A stretch of 64,000 nucleotides of DNA from Candidatus Stammera capleta (GCA_036689545.1 CP144853.1:155027-219026); one strand, 5' to 3'; shown: positions 12,276 to 26,648, counted from the stretch's first letter. Notes: generated by a model from the sequence alone, not told the origin. Numbers and translations: made by a program.

Positions 12276-13103
12276 ATGAATAAAATTAAAATAAATAAAA
12301 AAGATATTAAAAATGTATGTATACGTAGCATGTTTTTACAAGGTTCATGAAATTTTGAAAGAATGCAAGCACTAGGTTTTTGTTTTTCTATTATACCCAT
12401 AATTAAAAAATTATATGTTAATAATATTATTGAAAGAAAAAAAGCTATTAAAAGACATTTAGAATTTTTCAATACACATCCATATATGGTAGCACCTATA
12501 TTAGGTATTATTATAGCAATAGAGGAGAAAAAAGCTAATGGAACAAAAATACATAGTAGTACTATTAATAATATTAAAATAGGTTTAATGGGTCCTTTAG
12601 CAGGTATAGGAGATCCTATCTTTTGAGGCACTATTAGACCTATACTTTCTGCTTTAGGAGCTAGTTTAGCTATTAATGGAAGTATAATAGGTCCAATAAT
12701 TTTTTTTACATTATTTAATTCTATAAGAATATCATTTATATATTATGGTATATATTATGGGTATAAAAAAGGAATAAGTTTAATTAAAAAAATTAAAGAT
12801 AATTTTTTACAAAAAGTGACAGAAAGTTCATCTATTTTAGGATTATTTGTTATGGGAGCTTTAGTTAATAAATGAACTAAAATAAATTTTTCGTTAATTA
12901 TATCTCAAATTAGAGATAAAAATGTTACTAACGTTATTACAATACAAAATATTTTTGATAAAATTTTACCTGGATTAATACCACTTTTATTAACATTATT
13001 ATGTATGAAACTTTTAAGTAAGAAAATAAACCCATTAGTAATAATATCTTTTCTATTTTTAGTTAGTATTATTGGTGGATATATAAATTTAATTTCAGCT
13101 TAA
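12276..13103 (+). CDS. manZ: PTS mannose-family EIID component
   Basis: ATG 12276, TAA 13101-13103. Matching blocks: LQGSWNFERMQALGFCFS, RHLEFFNTHPYMVAPILG, GLMGPLAGIGDPIF-W-GT, ILGLFVMGALVNKW. Several TGA=Trp codons. Confidence 0.93.
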
Positions 13104-13250
13104 ATAAAAATAAGTTAATAAAATTAATTTAAATTTTTTTAAAAAATAAATTTTTTTTTTAAAAAAAAAAAATTATCTTTTATATTTAAAATATAATGAA
13201 ACTAATATTTAATATAATTTAAATATTAAATAAATTTAAATTTTAAATTA

Positions 13251-13283
13251 ATAAATCCTTGTAAATATAAAACAAGGATTTAT
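13251..13283 (+). terminator. Perfect 12-bp stem / 9-nt loop hairpin in the manZ-gyrA spacer (possible man-operon terminator or gyrA leader structure)
   Basis: ATAAATCCTTGT (13251-13262) pairs perfectly with ACAAGGATTTAT (13272-13283); the loop is AAATATAAA. It is the only G/C-containing element in a 248-bp A/T-only spacer. No clean U-tract follows it. Confidence 0.35.
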
Positions 13284-13351
13284 TAAAATAATATTACTAA
13301 CATATAAAAATATTTTAGTTATTTAAAATAATAAAAAAATAACATTTTAAA

Positions 13352-15853
13352 ATGGAAAAAAATAATAAAATAAATATAGTAAAAATTGAAAAAGAATTAA
13401 AAAAATCTTATTTAGAATATGCTACTTCAGTAATAATTAGTAGAGCACTACCAGATATAAGAGATGGTTTAAAACCAGTACATAGAAGAATATTATATGC
13501 TATGTATATATTAGATAATCATTTTAATAAACCTTACAAAAAATCTGCTAGAATAGTTGGTGATGTAATAGGTAAATATCATCCTCATGGAGATAATGCT
13601 GTATATGATAGTATTGTAAGAATGGCACAAAAATTCTCATTAAGATATGTTTTAATTGACGGACAGGGTAATTTTGGATCTATAGATGGAGATTCAGCAG
13701 CTGCAATGAGATATACAGAAATAAGAATGTCCGAAATAACAAAAGAATTTTTAAAAGATATAGACAAAAAAACAGTATCGTTTCTAGACAACTATGATTA
13801 TAGTGAAAAAATTCCTGAAGTTTTACCAACCAGAATACCTAATATTTTAATAAATGGTACATCTGGAATAGCAGTTGGTATGATAACAAATATCCCTCCT
13901 CATAATATTATTGAAGTTATGAATGCATTAATAGTCTTTATTAAACACAAAAAAATAAAAACTAAATTATTAATGAAATATATTAAAGGACCTGATTTTC
14001 CAACAGGAGGAATAATTGAAAATTATAAAGGAATTTATGACGCATACAAAACAGGAAAAGGAATTATTAAAATTAAAGCTAAAATTAAAATTGAATATAT
14101 TTCAAACACTAAAAATAATATTATTATATATGAATTACCTTATCAAGTTAATAAAACAAAATTAATTGAAAAAATTATAGAGCTAATTAAAAATAAAAAA
14201 ATAAATGAAATTTCTAATATTAGAGATGAATCTAATAAAAAAGGTATGAGAATATTATTAGAAACTAAAAAAGATAAAAATCATAATTTAATTATTAATA
14301 AATTATTTTATTTAACAAATTTAGAAATTTCTTATAGAATTAATATTATTGCTCTTTATAAACAAAAACCCCGAACATTAAATTTAAAAAAAATTTTTAA
14401 AATATTTATAGAATATAGAAAAAAAATAATAAAAAATAAAACTTTATTTAAATTAAATTTATTAAATAAAAAAATACATATTTTAGAAGGATTTTTAATT
14501 ATCTTACCACATATAAATAAAATTTTATATATTATAAAAAAATCAAAAAAATCAAAAAATGTTCAAAATAAATTAAGTAAAATTAAGTGATTAATTAACA
14601 ACAATTTAATAAAAAATATATTTATAGAAAAAAAAAAATATATCTTAAGCAAAAAACAAATTAAATCTATTTTAAACTTAACTTTAAATAAACTAACTAA
14701 AATAGAACAAAAAAAAATTATAGAAAAATATTTTTTATTTAAGAAAAAAATTCTCTTACTCAATAATATTTTAAGTAACAAAAAACAACTTGAAAAAATA
14801 ATTATCAAAGAATTCTTTTATATAAAAAAGAAATTTGGAGATAAAAGATTTACTGATATAAATAAAGATTTAAAAATTATTAAAACAAAAGATTTAATTA
14901 AAAAAGAAAAAGTAATTATAACTTTGTCAAAATTAGGATATATTAAATATCAAAAAATTTCTAATTATGAAATTCAACATAGAGGAGGAAAAGGTAAATT
15001 AGCTACAAAAATAAAAAAAAAAGATTTTATTAAACATATCTTAATAACAGATACACATAAAAAAATTTTATTCTTCTCAAATAAAGGAAAATCTTTTTTA
15101 ATTAAAGTTTATAAATTACCTAAATATGATAGATATTCTAAAGGAATACCAATTATAAATATTATAAAATTAGAAAAAAATGAAAAAATTACTAATTTAA
15201 TTTCTTTTAGTAAATATAAATTATTTAATAATATAATTATGGTAACTAAAAAAGGTTTAATAAAAAAAATTAATATAAAAAGTATTAATATTAATAAATA
15301 TAATATTGGTTTAAATATTATTAAATTAAAAAAAAATGATGAACTAGTAGAAGTTTACTTTAGTAATAAAGATGAAGAAATTATGTTATTTACAAAATTA
15401 GGTAAAGCAGTAAGATTTTCAGAAAAATATATAAGAAGTATGGGAAAAAAAGCTCATGGGATAAAAGGAATAAAATTATCTCAAAATGACAAAGTAGTCT
15501 CATTGTTAAAAATAAACGAAAATAAAAACAAAGAAATTTTAATTATTACCAAAAAAGGATACGGAAAAAGAACATTAATAAATGAATTTCCAATTAAAGC
15601 TAGAGCTACTAAAGGAATTATTTTTATTAAAATTAATAATAAAAATGGTTATGTAATAAGAGTCATACAAATAAATTATAATGATCAAATATTTATTATA
15701 ACAAACATAGGTAATTTAGTTCGTATACCAGTATGTGAAATAAACGTTCTAAAACGTAATACTCAAGGAGTAATTTTAATAAGAAAAAAAAATAAATTAG
15801 AAAAAATAGTAGATGTACAAAAAATAAAAAATTTTAATCTAACTTATAAATAA
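13352..15853 (+). CDS. gyrA: DNA gyrase subunit A
   Basis: ATG 13352, TAA 15851-15853, 833 aa. It joins ORFs 13352-14590 and 14924-15853 in one frame through TGA 14588-14590. Matching blocks: [31 protein letters not shown], active-site AAAMRYTE, and repeated C-terminal pinwheel blades. Confidence 0.96.
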
Positions 15854-15883
15854 AATTTATATAAGCTAAAATGCTTTTACTAA

Positions 15884-17299
15884 TTAAAGTACATGAACAG
15901 AAATAGTATTACTTACTCCAGAAGATACTAATACACCTGAAATCATAACTACTATATCACCTAATTTACCATATCCTGTAGATAAACATAAATCTTTACC
16001 TATACGATAAAAATCATCATTAGAATTTATAGATTCTATAATAAAAGGTATTATTCCTTTACTTAATAATAACTGTCTAGATACAATTTCAGAATCTGTT
16101 AAAGCTAAAATTAAAGATTTAGGAAAATATTTTCTAATAAACCTAGCTGATTTTCCTGCCCTAGTATAGACTAATATCAAAGGAGAATCTAATTTTCTAG
16201 AAATATCTATAGAACTTCTACATATTGCTTCACTTATAGGCATATATATATCATCATGATAATAAGGTAAATAATCTTTCATAGAATCATCAGTTCTTTC
16301 ACAAATATTAGACATTATTTTTACAGTTTCAATCGGATAATTTCCTTTAGCACTTTCTCCAGATAACATAACAGCATCAGTACCATCCAATATAGCATTA
16401 GCTACATCACCTGCTTCTGCTCTGGTAGGTCTAGGATTATTAATCATAGATTCTAACATCTGTGTTGCAGTTATAACTACCTTTCTATAAAAATTACATT
16501 TTTTAATCATCATTTTCTGAGCAAAAATCACATCTTCTACTGGAATTTCTACACCTAAATCACCCCTAGCAACCATAATTCCATCAGATACATTTAATAT
16601 TTCATTAAAATTATTTAAACCTTCTCTATTTTCAATTTTAGAAATAATTTGTATTTTTTCCCCATTATTTTTATTAAGAAAATTTCTAATTTTAATTACA
16701 TCTTTTTTTTTTCTAATAAAAGAAGCAGCTACAAAATCCACATTATTAATACATCCAAATTTTAGATCCTCTTTATCTTTTTGTGATAAAGAAGGTAAAT
16801 TAATATGAATATTAGGTATATTAATACCTTTATTATTACCTAATATACCACTATTCAAAACTTTACATACTACTTCATTTTTATCTTTATTTAAATCTAC
16901 TACTTGCATAGCAATTAATCCATCATCAACTAAAATCATATTACCTATATTAATATCATTAATAAAATTATAAGTAATACCAACTTTATTTTTATCCCCA
17001 ATAAAATTATCTTTATAAATAAAACTAAAATATTGATTAATATTTAAAAAAACTTCTTTAAAATCTTTTAAAGTTAAAGTACGTATTTCAGGACCTTTTG
17101 TATCTAACAATATTGCAACTTGTTTTCCTGTTTTATTTATTGCATATCTAATATTATCTAAATGACTTTTATGAATATTATGATCTCCATGAGAAAAATT
17201 TAATCTTACAACATTCATACCTACATTAATTAATTCTATTAAAATATCCCTATTATTAATAGTAGGACCCATAGTACATATTATTTTAGTTTTTTTCAT
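15884..17299 (-). CDS. pykF: Pyruvate kinase (PykF type)
   Basis: Uninterrupted 471-codon ORF. It is colinear with E. coli PykF from [12 protein letters not shown] through [22 protein letters not shown] and [26 protein letters not shown] to the C-terminal NTISVHVL. Confidence 0.96.
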   Translation of the reverse strand: MKKTKIICTMGPTINNRDILIELINVGMNVVRLNFSHGDHNIHKSHLDNIRYAINKTGKQVAILLDTKGPEIRTLTLKDFKEVFLNINQYFSFIYKDNFIGDKNKVGITYNFINDINIGNMILVDDGLIAMQVVDLNKDKNEVVCKVLNSGILGNNKGINIPNIHINLPSLSQKDKEDLKFGCINNVDFVAASFIRKKKDVIKIRNFLNKNNGEKIQIISKIENREGLNNFNEILNVSDGIMVARGDLGVEIPVEDVIFAQKMMIKKCNFYRKVVITATQMLESMINNPRPTRAEAGDVANAILDGTDAVMLSGESAKGNYPIETVKIMSNICERTDDSMKDYLPYYHDDIYMPISEAICRSSIDISRKLDSPLILVYTRAGKSARFIRKYFPKSLILALTDSEIVSRQLLLSKGIIPFIIESINSNDDFYRIGKDLCLSTGYGKLGDIVVMISGVLVSSGVSNTISVHVL

Positions 17300-17340
17300 T
17301 TAATACCATCACTTTATTTATTACTTAATATATATTATAT

Positions 17341-17412
17341 TACGTTCTAGTGGAATCGAACCACTGACTTCCATCACGTCAAAATGGCACTCTACCTCTG
17401 AGTTAAGAACGT
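17341..17412 (-). tRNA. tRNA-Val (anticodon GAC)
   Basis: The reverse complement folds as a canonical 72-nt cloverleaf. Acceptor ACGTTCT/AGAACGT, D-stem ACTC/GAGT, anticodon stem CCATT/GATGG with loop TTGACGT, T-arm AGTGG-TTCGATT-CCACT, discriminator A. No CCA is encoded. It is a G+C island in AT-rich spacer. Confidence 0.9.
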
Positions 17413-17597
17413 AAAATTAATTTAATTTAATTAAACTATTTAATTTAAGAAATTATTTAATATAATTATATTAAATTAAATATTTAGTAATTATTATATT
17501 TTATTAATAATAAAAAATAAACACTTTATTTAAAAAAATTAAATATTTAATTAATTTTTAAATAAATAACTATTATTTAACTGAATTATAAAAATAT

Positions 17598-18872
17598 ATG
17601 AATATTAACATATTAAAAGAATTTAAAAAAAGAAATCTTATACAACAAATATCAGATGAAAATAATATTAATTATTTACTAAATAATAAAAAAATAAATA
17701 TATATTGTGGTTTTGATCCTACAAATGATAGTCTCCATATAGGACATTTAATTCCGTTAATATCATTACAAAGATTTAAAAAATATGGATATAGAATTAT
17801 TATTCTAATTGGAGAAATAACCTCTAATATTGGAGATCCTAGTTACAGAATAAATAAAAGACAAAATGAAAATATTACAAAAATAAAATTATTTACAAAA
17901 AAAATAAAATTACAAATAAATAATTTTTTTCACCAAAATAAAAAAAAAAATGAAAAAAAAAATTTATTAATAAATAACAGTAAATGATTTAAAGATATGA
18001 AAATAATTTTTTTTTTAAAAGAAATAGGTCAATATTTTCCTATAAACAATATTTTAAATAAAGAATTCATTAAATTAAAAAATAACGTTAAAAATAAACA
18101 AGGAATTTCATTTTCTGAAATATCATATAATATATTACAAAGTTATGATTTTGCTTATTTATTTAAAAATTTAAAAGTTAAATTACAAATTGGAGGATCT
18201 GATCAATGAGGAAATATTACTTCAGGTATTAATTTAATTAAAAAATTATATAATAAAAAAGCTTATGGATTAACACTACCTTTAATGTTAAATAAAAACG
18301 GAAAAAAATTTAGTAAAACAGAAAATAAAACATTATGATTAGATCCTAAAAAAACTACACCATATGAATTTTATCAATACTGATTAAATATTCCAGATAA
18401 AAATTTATTTACTTTATTAAAACAATTAACCTTTTTAAGTTTAAAAGAAATAAAAAATATAAAAAAAAAGAAAGACATTAATTTTTCTAAAAAAATATTA
18501 GCACAAAAAATAACAAAAATAGTTCATGGAAAACAAGAACTTAAAAGTTCTATTATAAGTTCAAAAATTTTTTTTTTAAATAATATTGAAAACATAAAAA
18601 AAGAAAAAATTAATAAATTATTTAAAAAAAATATACCAAAATTTATAATTAAAAATACATTTCATAATATTAAAGATATATTAATCTTACTAAAGATAGT
18701 TAAATCTAAAACACAAGCTCATAATTTAATTATTAATAAAGCTATTAGTATAAACAACATAAATATATTGAATACTAATTATTTAATTTCTGATCAAGAT
18801 AAACTATATAATAAATATACTTTAATTAAAAAAGGAAAAAAAAATTTTTTTTTAATCAAATGAATAAATTAA
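17598..18872 (+). CDS. tyrS: Tyrosine--tRNA ligase
   Basis: ATG 17598, TAA 18870-18872. HIGH motif (DSLHIGHLIPL), GGSDQ-W-GNITSG, KMSKS variant KFSKT, C-terminal S4-like domain. Five TGA=Trp codons join ORFs 17598-17987 and 17997-18209 with the downstream pieces. Confidence 0.94.
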
Positions 18873-19003
18873 ATCTTTCAATTATTTAAATTAAGTTTAA
18901 CAATAATGTGTGAATTTATTTTTTTATAAATACTTAATAAATTTAATAAAAACACACATATTTGTATAAAAAATTTTAATATAAGCACAAATTAATAAAT
19001 TTA

Positions 19004-19753
19004 TTAATATTTTTCTAAAGTTATATTATTTTTAATTTTATAAACATTATTTAAAATATTAATAATATCCTTAATCATTAAAATATTACCACATATCATA
19101 AAATGATTATCTTTTTCTTTAGATGAAATTTTAAATAAATTAAATATATTTTTATTTAAAAAAAAAGTAGAAATTCTACCATTAAATTTTAAAGTTTTAC
19201 TAATACTATTTTTTTCCCTACTTACAAAAGTAAGTATTTTAAAAAATTTTTTTCCATATAATTTTCGCAAATATAAAAATTTATCTAAATAATTAAAATC
19301 TGAACAATATTTTATTGAATAAAGAAATATTATATTTTGAAATAAATTTTTTACTATATTTATATCATGATTTAATATAGAAATATAAGGTCCTATAGCA
19401 CTACCACTACATATCATTCATAAAGTTTGACATTTATGAACATTTTTTAATGTAAAAACTCCACTAGATTTTTTAGATACAAAAATATAATCATTAATAT
19501 TTAAATTATAAAAAATATTACTTAAATAACCATTATCTACTCTTAATAAATAAAATTCTAATTTTTTTTCTTTAGGAGAAGAAACAAAAGAATAAAATCC
19601 ATAAATAAAATTATTATTAGATTTAGATCTAACAGCTAATCTTGTAAATTGACCAGGAATATAAGAATCAATATTATTTTCTAAAACCAACTTAAATAAA
19701 TTATTTTGTCATTTTTTAATATCTAATACTTTAGATTTAATTCATTTAGTCAT
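19004..19753 (-). CDS. fpr: Ferredoxin/flavodoxin--NADP+ reductase
   Basis: ATG 19753, TAA 19004-19006. It is colinear with E. coli Fpr: IPGQFTRLAV, LEFYLLRV, CQTL-W-MICSGSAIGPYISIL (W=TGA 19418-19420), FMICGN. The Arg of the RxYS FAD motif is Gly here (GFYS). Confidence 0.88.
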
Positions 19754-19784
19754 AATTTTATATTTAATAAATATTAAATTAATT

Positions 19785-21101
<1,317 letters not shown>

Positions 21102-21117
21102 ATTAACCTTTATAGTA

Positions 21118-22770
21118 TTATTTACTAATTTTATATATATTACTAGCTTTAATAAAATTATCGAATAATGGATGAGGTAAAAAAGGTGTAGAATTAAATT
21201 CTGGATGAAACTGACAAGCAACAAACCAAGGATGATCAGTTAATTCAATAATTTCTACAAGTTTAAATACATTATCAATAATCTTTTTAAAAGAAAAACC
21301 AGAAATAATAAAATTCTTATATTTACTTATTTTATTTAAAAATAAATCACTTACTTTATATTTATGCCTATGACGTTCTTTAATAATATTACAATTATAA
21401 ATCTTATTAACTAAAGTATTTTTAATTAAATAACATTTTTTTACACCTAATCTCATACTACTATTAGAATTTAAAAACGTTATTTTATTAAAATCTACTT
21501 TATTATAATCTAATTTATTAATTAATGTTATTACAGGATAATCACAATTAGAAATAAATTCAGTAGAATTTGCATTAACTAAATTAATCACATTACGTGC
21601 AAATTCTATAACAGCAACTTGCATACCTAAACATATACCAAAATATGGAATTTTATTTTTTCTAACATATTCAACAACTTTTATTTTACCCTCTACACCT
21701 TCATAACCAAATCCATTAGGAATTAAAACACCATGAAACGAAGATAAAAAATTAATATTATTAATATTTTCTAACTTTTTTGAGTTTATAAAATTTATTT
21801 TAACTAATATATTATTTTTTAAACCAGCATGTTTTAACGATTCAATAATCGATCTATAAGCATCTAATAATTCTACATATTTACCAACAATAGCTATTAA
21901 AACTTTTGATTTATAAGATTGTTCTAAAAAACTAATTTTTTTTCAACGATTTAAATTAGCTTTAATTTTACCAAACTTAAAATATTGACAAATATAATTA
22001 TCTAATCCTAAAGAAGATAAAAATATAGGTATTTTATAAATTGAATCAAAATCATTTAAAAAAAAAACAAATTTTTTAGAAACATTACAAAATAAAGAAA
22101 TTTTTTTTATATAACTATTAGGTATAATTTTTTCTGATCTACAAATTAAAATATTTGGTTGAATACCACAAGAAAGTAAAGTATTTACTGAATTTTGAGT
22201 TGGTTTTGTTTTAAATTCTTTAATTAATGAAATATAAGGAATTAAAGTTAAATGAATATGTAAAAAATTATTTTCAATTTTGTTAATAGACATTTGTTTA
22301 ATAGCTTCTAAAAAAGGAAAAGACTCTATATCACCTATTGTACCACCTAATTCTATTAATAGAATATCACAATTTTTACTAATATTAATAATATGTTCTT
22401 TTATTACATCAGTTAAATGAGGTACTATTTGAATTGTTTCACCTCAATAAAAATTATTATATTGATTTTTAATAATTTTCAAATATACCCTACCACTTGT
22501 TAAATTATTTTTAAAAGTCATTTTTAAATTTGTAAATCTTTCATAATGACCTAAATCTAAATCAGTTTCCATACCATCTTCAGTAACATAAATTTCCCCA
22601 TGTTGTAAAGGATTAATAGTTCCAGAATTAATATTTAAATATGGATCTAATTTAATTATATTTACTTTTAAATTACAAGCTTCTAAAAGAGCTGCAATTG
22701 AAGCAGTTGTTACTCCTTTACCTAAAGAAGAAATTACACCACCAGTTATAAAAATATAATTCTTAAACAT
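21118..22770 (-). CDS. pyrG: CTP synthase
   Basis: ATG 22770, TAA 21118-21120. It joins ORFs 22444-22770, 21943-22293 and 21118-21624 in one frame through TGAs. Matching blocks: [22 protein letters not shown], GATase GICLGMQ and HRHKY, QFHPEF. It lies immediately upstream of eno, as in the E. coli pyrG-eno pair. Confidence 0.95.
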
Positions 22771-22865
22771 AATATTTAATATTTAAATTTATATAAAAAA
22801 AACTATAAAAATAGTTGATATATCTAAATTATATGATATTATACACTATCATTGTTTAATTAAAT

Positions 22866-22939
<74 letters not shown>

Positions 22940-22963
22940 CTTAAAAAAATTAATATTAAATGT

Positions 22964-23428
22964 CTATTTCTTAAAAAAAAATTTCTTTAAAAGAACAAAT
23001 ATAAAAGAATTTTTTCAAATAGAACTTAAAGAAAAATTAAAAAAAGTATTTAAAAAAGATAATAAAAAGAACACTATTATTAAACCTCTAAGAAAACCAA
23101 AAATTAATCCTAAAATTTTATCTAAAAAATATAAACCTAAAAAAAATACAATTTTCATTGTTAACTTAGTAAAAATATAAGTTATAAAATAAAATATCAA
23201 AAAAGAAAAGAAATATATGAAATATATTTCTATATTTTTATTTAATAAAAAAAAATTTTTACAATATTTGTTATAAAAATTAAACAAAACAAAATAATAT
23301 TTTTTAGTTAAAATATAAGATATATATCAGATTAAAACTAAAGATAATTCTTGTAAAAATCCTCTTGAATAACCAATTAAAGACGAAAAAAATAATATTA
23401 AAAAACAACAAAGATCAATATAATTCAT
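22964..23428 (-). CDS. cvpA: Colicin V production / inner-membrane protein CvpA
   Basis: ATG 23428, TAG 22964-22966. MNYIDLCCFLILFFSSLIGYSRGFLQELSLVLIW parallels E. coli MVWIDYAIIAVIAFSSLVSLIRGFVREALSLVTW, and GLIFGFLRGLIIV is present. Two TGA=Trp codons. It follows folC as in E. coli. Confidence 0.85.
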
Positions 23429-23446
23429 AAAATTTAAATATTTAGA

Positions 23447-24736
23447 TTAATTATAAAAAATATTAATAAAATTACTAACAATATTAAAAGAACCAAATAC
23501 AATTAATAAATCATTTTTTTTTATTTTATTTTTTATATTTAAAAAAGCTTGTTGAATACTATTAAATACATATAAATAATCAATATAATGATCAATATAT
23601 TTACTTAATTTTATACCACTCATTCCTTTTTTTTTTGTACTTAAAGTACAACAATATCAATAATTTACAATAGAAAATAAATTTTTAAAAGTATTATACA
23701 CATCTTTATTGTTCAATATACCTACTAAAGCATAAATACGATTAAATTTGGGCAAATTTAATATATATCTATAAAGATATTTACTTGCATGAGGATTATG
23801 AGCAACATCTACAATAATTCTAGGACTATATTTAATAGTTTGAAATCTACCTAATAAACTAATATTACTTAAATTTAACAAACTTTGTTTATTAATTAAT
23901 AAAGGAGATACAAATATAGAAAATAAAGAAATACTAATATTTCTTAATGGTATTCTATTAGAAAATAAATAACAAACTTTTATTTTTTTTTTTTTTTTAA
24001 ATTTTTTTTTAAATAAAAAAAAAAAATTCTTATATAAACATCAATCTATTTTATAAAAAAAAGATATTACATTATAATTTAATATATATTTTAAAAATAA
24101 TTTATAAATTTTGTAATCTCCTATTACAACTATTTTAGAAGATCTAAATATACCAAATTTTTCTATAGCTATTTTTTTTAAAGAATTACCTAATAAATCA
24201 ACATGATCATAACTAATATTAGATATAATAGATATATCAGGATTTATAATATTAGTAGCATCTAATCTACCACCTATACCTACTTCAAGTATTATAATAT
24301 CAATATCTAATATCATAAATAGATATAAAGCTGATAATGTTGAATATTCAAAATATGATAAATTATAACCTTTAGAATATTTTTTTATATTAAATAATGA
24401 TTTAACATGTAATTCATCTGATAAAAATTTTCCTTGAATACGAATTCTTTCTTTATAATTCATCAAATGAGGAGAACTATATATTCCTACTTTATAACTA
24501 TTACTTATTAATAAATATTCTAATACCCTACCTATTGTACCTTTTCCATTAGTACCAGTAATAGTAAAAACAAAAGGAAATTTATAATCTAATAAACCTA
24601 TATTACTAGAAATTTCAATTAAATTATTAAATCTTTTTAAAAAATTTTCATTAATCTTATTAACATTAAATGAAATATATCATAACCAATTTGATAAAGA
24701 AGAATCCTTAGATAAAAAACGATTTATTAAATACAT
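23447..24736 (-). CDS. folC: Dihydrofolate synthase / folylpolyglutamate synthase
   Basis: ATG 24736, TAA 23447-23449, 429 aa. P-loop TITGTNGKGT, YSSPHL, FEYSTLSALYLF, EVGIGGRLDATN, VDVAHNPHA, NY-W-YCC (E. coli DDWYCAP). It joins ORFs 24041-24466 and 23657-23881. The T16 run at 23983-23998 and neighbouring tracts were counted and are in frame. Confidence 0.9.
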
Positions 24737-24748
24737 AAAATTATTTCT

Positions 24749-25510
24749 TTAAAAATTAATATTTTTATATTCTACAAAAAGTAAATATAATCCATACGGA
24801 AATGCAGTATTAAACTTACCAAAACTTCTATCTTGAGAAAATAGTAATTCTTTAATTCAACAAAAAGAATATTTTTTAATCCCCACTAATAATAAACTAG
24901 AAACAATATTACGTACCATCTTATATAAAAATGAATTAGCTTTTATATCAAAAAAAATAAAATTCATTTTCCTATAAATATTTAAATGTATTACTTTTCT
25001 AAATGGAGTTAAAGATTGACATTTAGAAGATCTAAAAGCATTAAAATTATGTTCTCCTATTAAAAACTGAGCTCCTTTAGACATTAAAGAAATATCAACA
25101 TCATAAGGATAATAAGTAACTAAATTAGTTAAAAAACTAGAACGAATTTTAGAAACACAAATAATATATAAATAACGTCTAGAAACAGCATCAAATCTAG
25201 CATGAAATAATTCAGAAACATATTTAATATCTTTTAAAGATATATCTTTAGGTAAAATTGAATTCGTTCCAAATATTCAATCTTCTTTACTCCTAAAAGA
25301 AAAAGTATCAAAATGAAAAGTTTGACCTATACTATGAACTCCAGCATCAGTTCTACTAGAACAATAAATATTAACCTTATGGTTAGCTATTATTGATAAA
25401 GATTTTTCAATAGATTCTTGAATACTATATTTATTATTAACTTGCTTTTGTCAACCAATATAATTAGCACCATTATATTCTACATTAACTAATAACCTAT
25501 ACTTAATCAT
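24749..25510 (-). CDS. truA: tRNA pseudouridine(38-40) synthase
   Basis: ATG 25510, TAA 24749-24751. [12 protein letters not shown], catalytic-Asp block [36 protein letters not shown]. Several TGA=Trp codons. Confidence 0.9.
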
Positions 25511-25538
25511 TTAAAAAAAATAATTACCTATTTAAAAT

Positions 25539-25874
25539 TTATTTAATATGTATAAATTTTTTTATATTTTTACGTAAATAATATAATTTAGATTTCTTAA
25601 ATAAATTTTTTTTTTTTACAATAATCTTATGAATATTAGATGCATAAGTCTGAAACACTCTCTCTACACCTTCTCCATAAGAAATTTTTCTCACAGTAAA
25701 TGAAGAATTAACACCTCTATTTCTTTTAGAAATTACTACACCTTGAAAAAACTGTATTCTTTTTTTTGAACTTTCTATAATTCATATTTGAACTTGAATA
25801 ATATCACCTGTTCTAAATAAAGGAATATTATGATTAATATATTTATTTTCAATATATTGAATTAAATTTGACAT
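25539..25874 (-). CDS. rplS: 50S ribosomal protein L19
   Basis: ATG 25874, TAA 25539-25541, 111 aa. [35 protein letters not shown] and [16 protein letters not shown] parallel E. coli L19. Not in the ORF track because of the internal TGA. Confidence 0.93.
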
Positions 25875-25884
25875 ATATTATATA

Positions 25885-26640
25885 TTAATTATTAAAATAT
25901 TTTTTTTTAATTTTTTTAAAAATTTTTTTTTGATATTTACTTAAAATAATTTTTTTAAATAAATAAAATTTATTTAAAAAAGTTTTTTTTAAAGATTTTT
26001 TTAACTTTCAATCATTAATTTTTTTATGATGACCTGATAATAAAATTTTAGGAACACACATACCTAAAAATTTATAAGGTCTAGTATAATAAGGAAACCC
26101 TAATAAACCATTATAATTAGTAAAAGAATCTTCTTTAACAGAACTATTATTATTTAATACTCCAGGTATTACTCTAGATAAACTATCTATCACAACTAAT
26201 AAAGGAATTTCACCACAACTTAAAATATAATCCCCTATAGATAATTCTAAATCAACAAATTTATCTATAATACGTTGATCTATACCATTATAACGACCAC
26301 ATATAAAAATAATAGTACTATTAATATTTAATAAATTAAATATCAAATTTTTATTTAAAACTTGACCATGAGCTGATAAATATATTACAAAAACTTTTTT
26401 TTTATAAAAAAAAAAAGCACATTTAATAGCTAAATATAAAGGTTTTAATTTAAATACTATTCCTGGTCCGCCTCCATAAATTTTACCATCAATATTTTTA
26501 TTTTTTTTAGATATAAAATCTATAGGATTTCAAAAATTAAACTTAATCTTATTTAATTTTAAAGCTTTACTAATTATACCATATTTAAAAGATTTAATTA
26601 AAAATTCAGAATTAATAGTAATTATACCTATATTTATCAT
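25885..26640 (-). CDS. trmD: tRNA (guanine37-N1)-methyltransferase
   Basis: ATG 26640, TAA 25885-25887. YGGGPGIV, ICGRYNGIDQRIID, LSIGDYILSCGEIP, YYTRP. TGA=Trp codons, e.g. 26008-26010. Confidence 0.92.
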
Positions 26641-26648
26641 ATGTAAAT

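Noticed and set aside
13585-13625. GyrA QRDR reads [11 protein letters not shown] (Asn at the E. coli Ser83 position), a possible quinolone-resistance signature.
   Set aside because: Natural variation at this position is common. There is no reason to infer drug selection in an intracellular symbiont, and resistance phenotypes are tied to specific substitutions (Leu/Trp) not seen here.
18934-18980. 7-bp inverted repeat ATGTGTG ... CACACAT between convergent tyrS and fpr as a terminator.
   Set aside because: The stem is short with a loop of about 30 nt or more. It is too weak to call.
21102-21224. N-terminal extension of the enolase ORF (track 20202-21224) overlapping pyrG.
   Set aside because: The enolase homology starts at [12 protein letters not shown] (ATG 21101). 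The upstream 41 codons are the out-of-frame 3' end of pyrG.
22815-22842. Possible promoter TTGATA-16-TATTAT upstream of the initiator tRNA.
   Set aside because: It is plausible but imperfect, and it cannot be distinguished from background hexamer frequency in this composition. Only the exact-consensus promoter before tRNA-Asn was reported.
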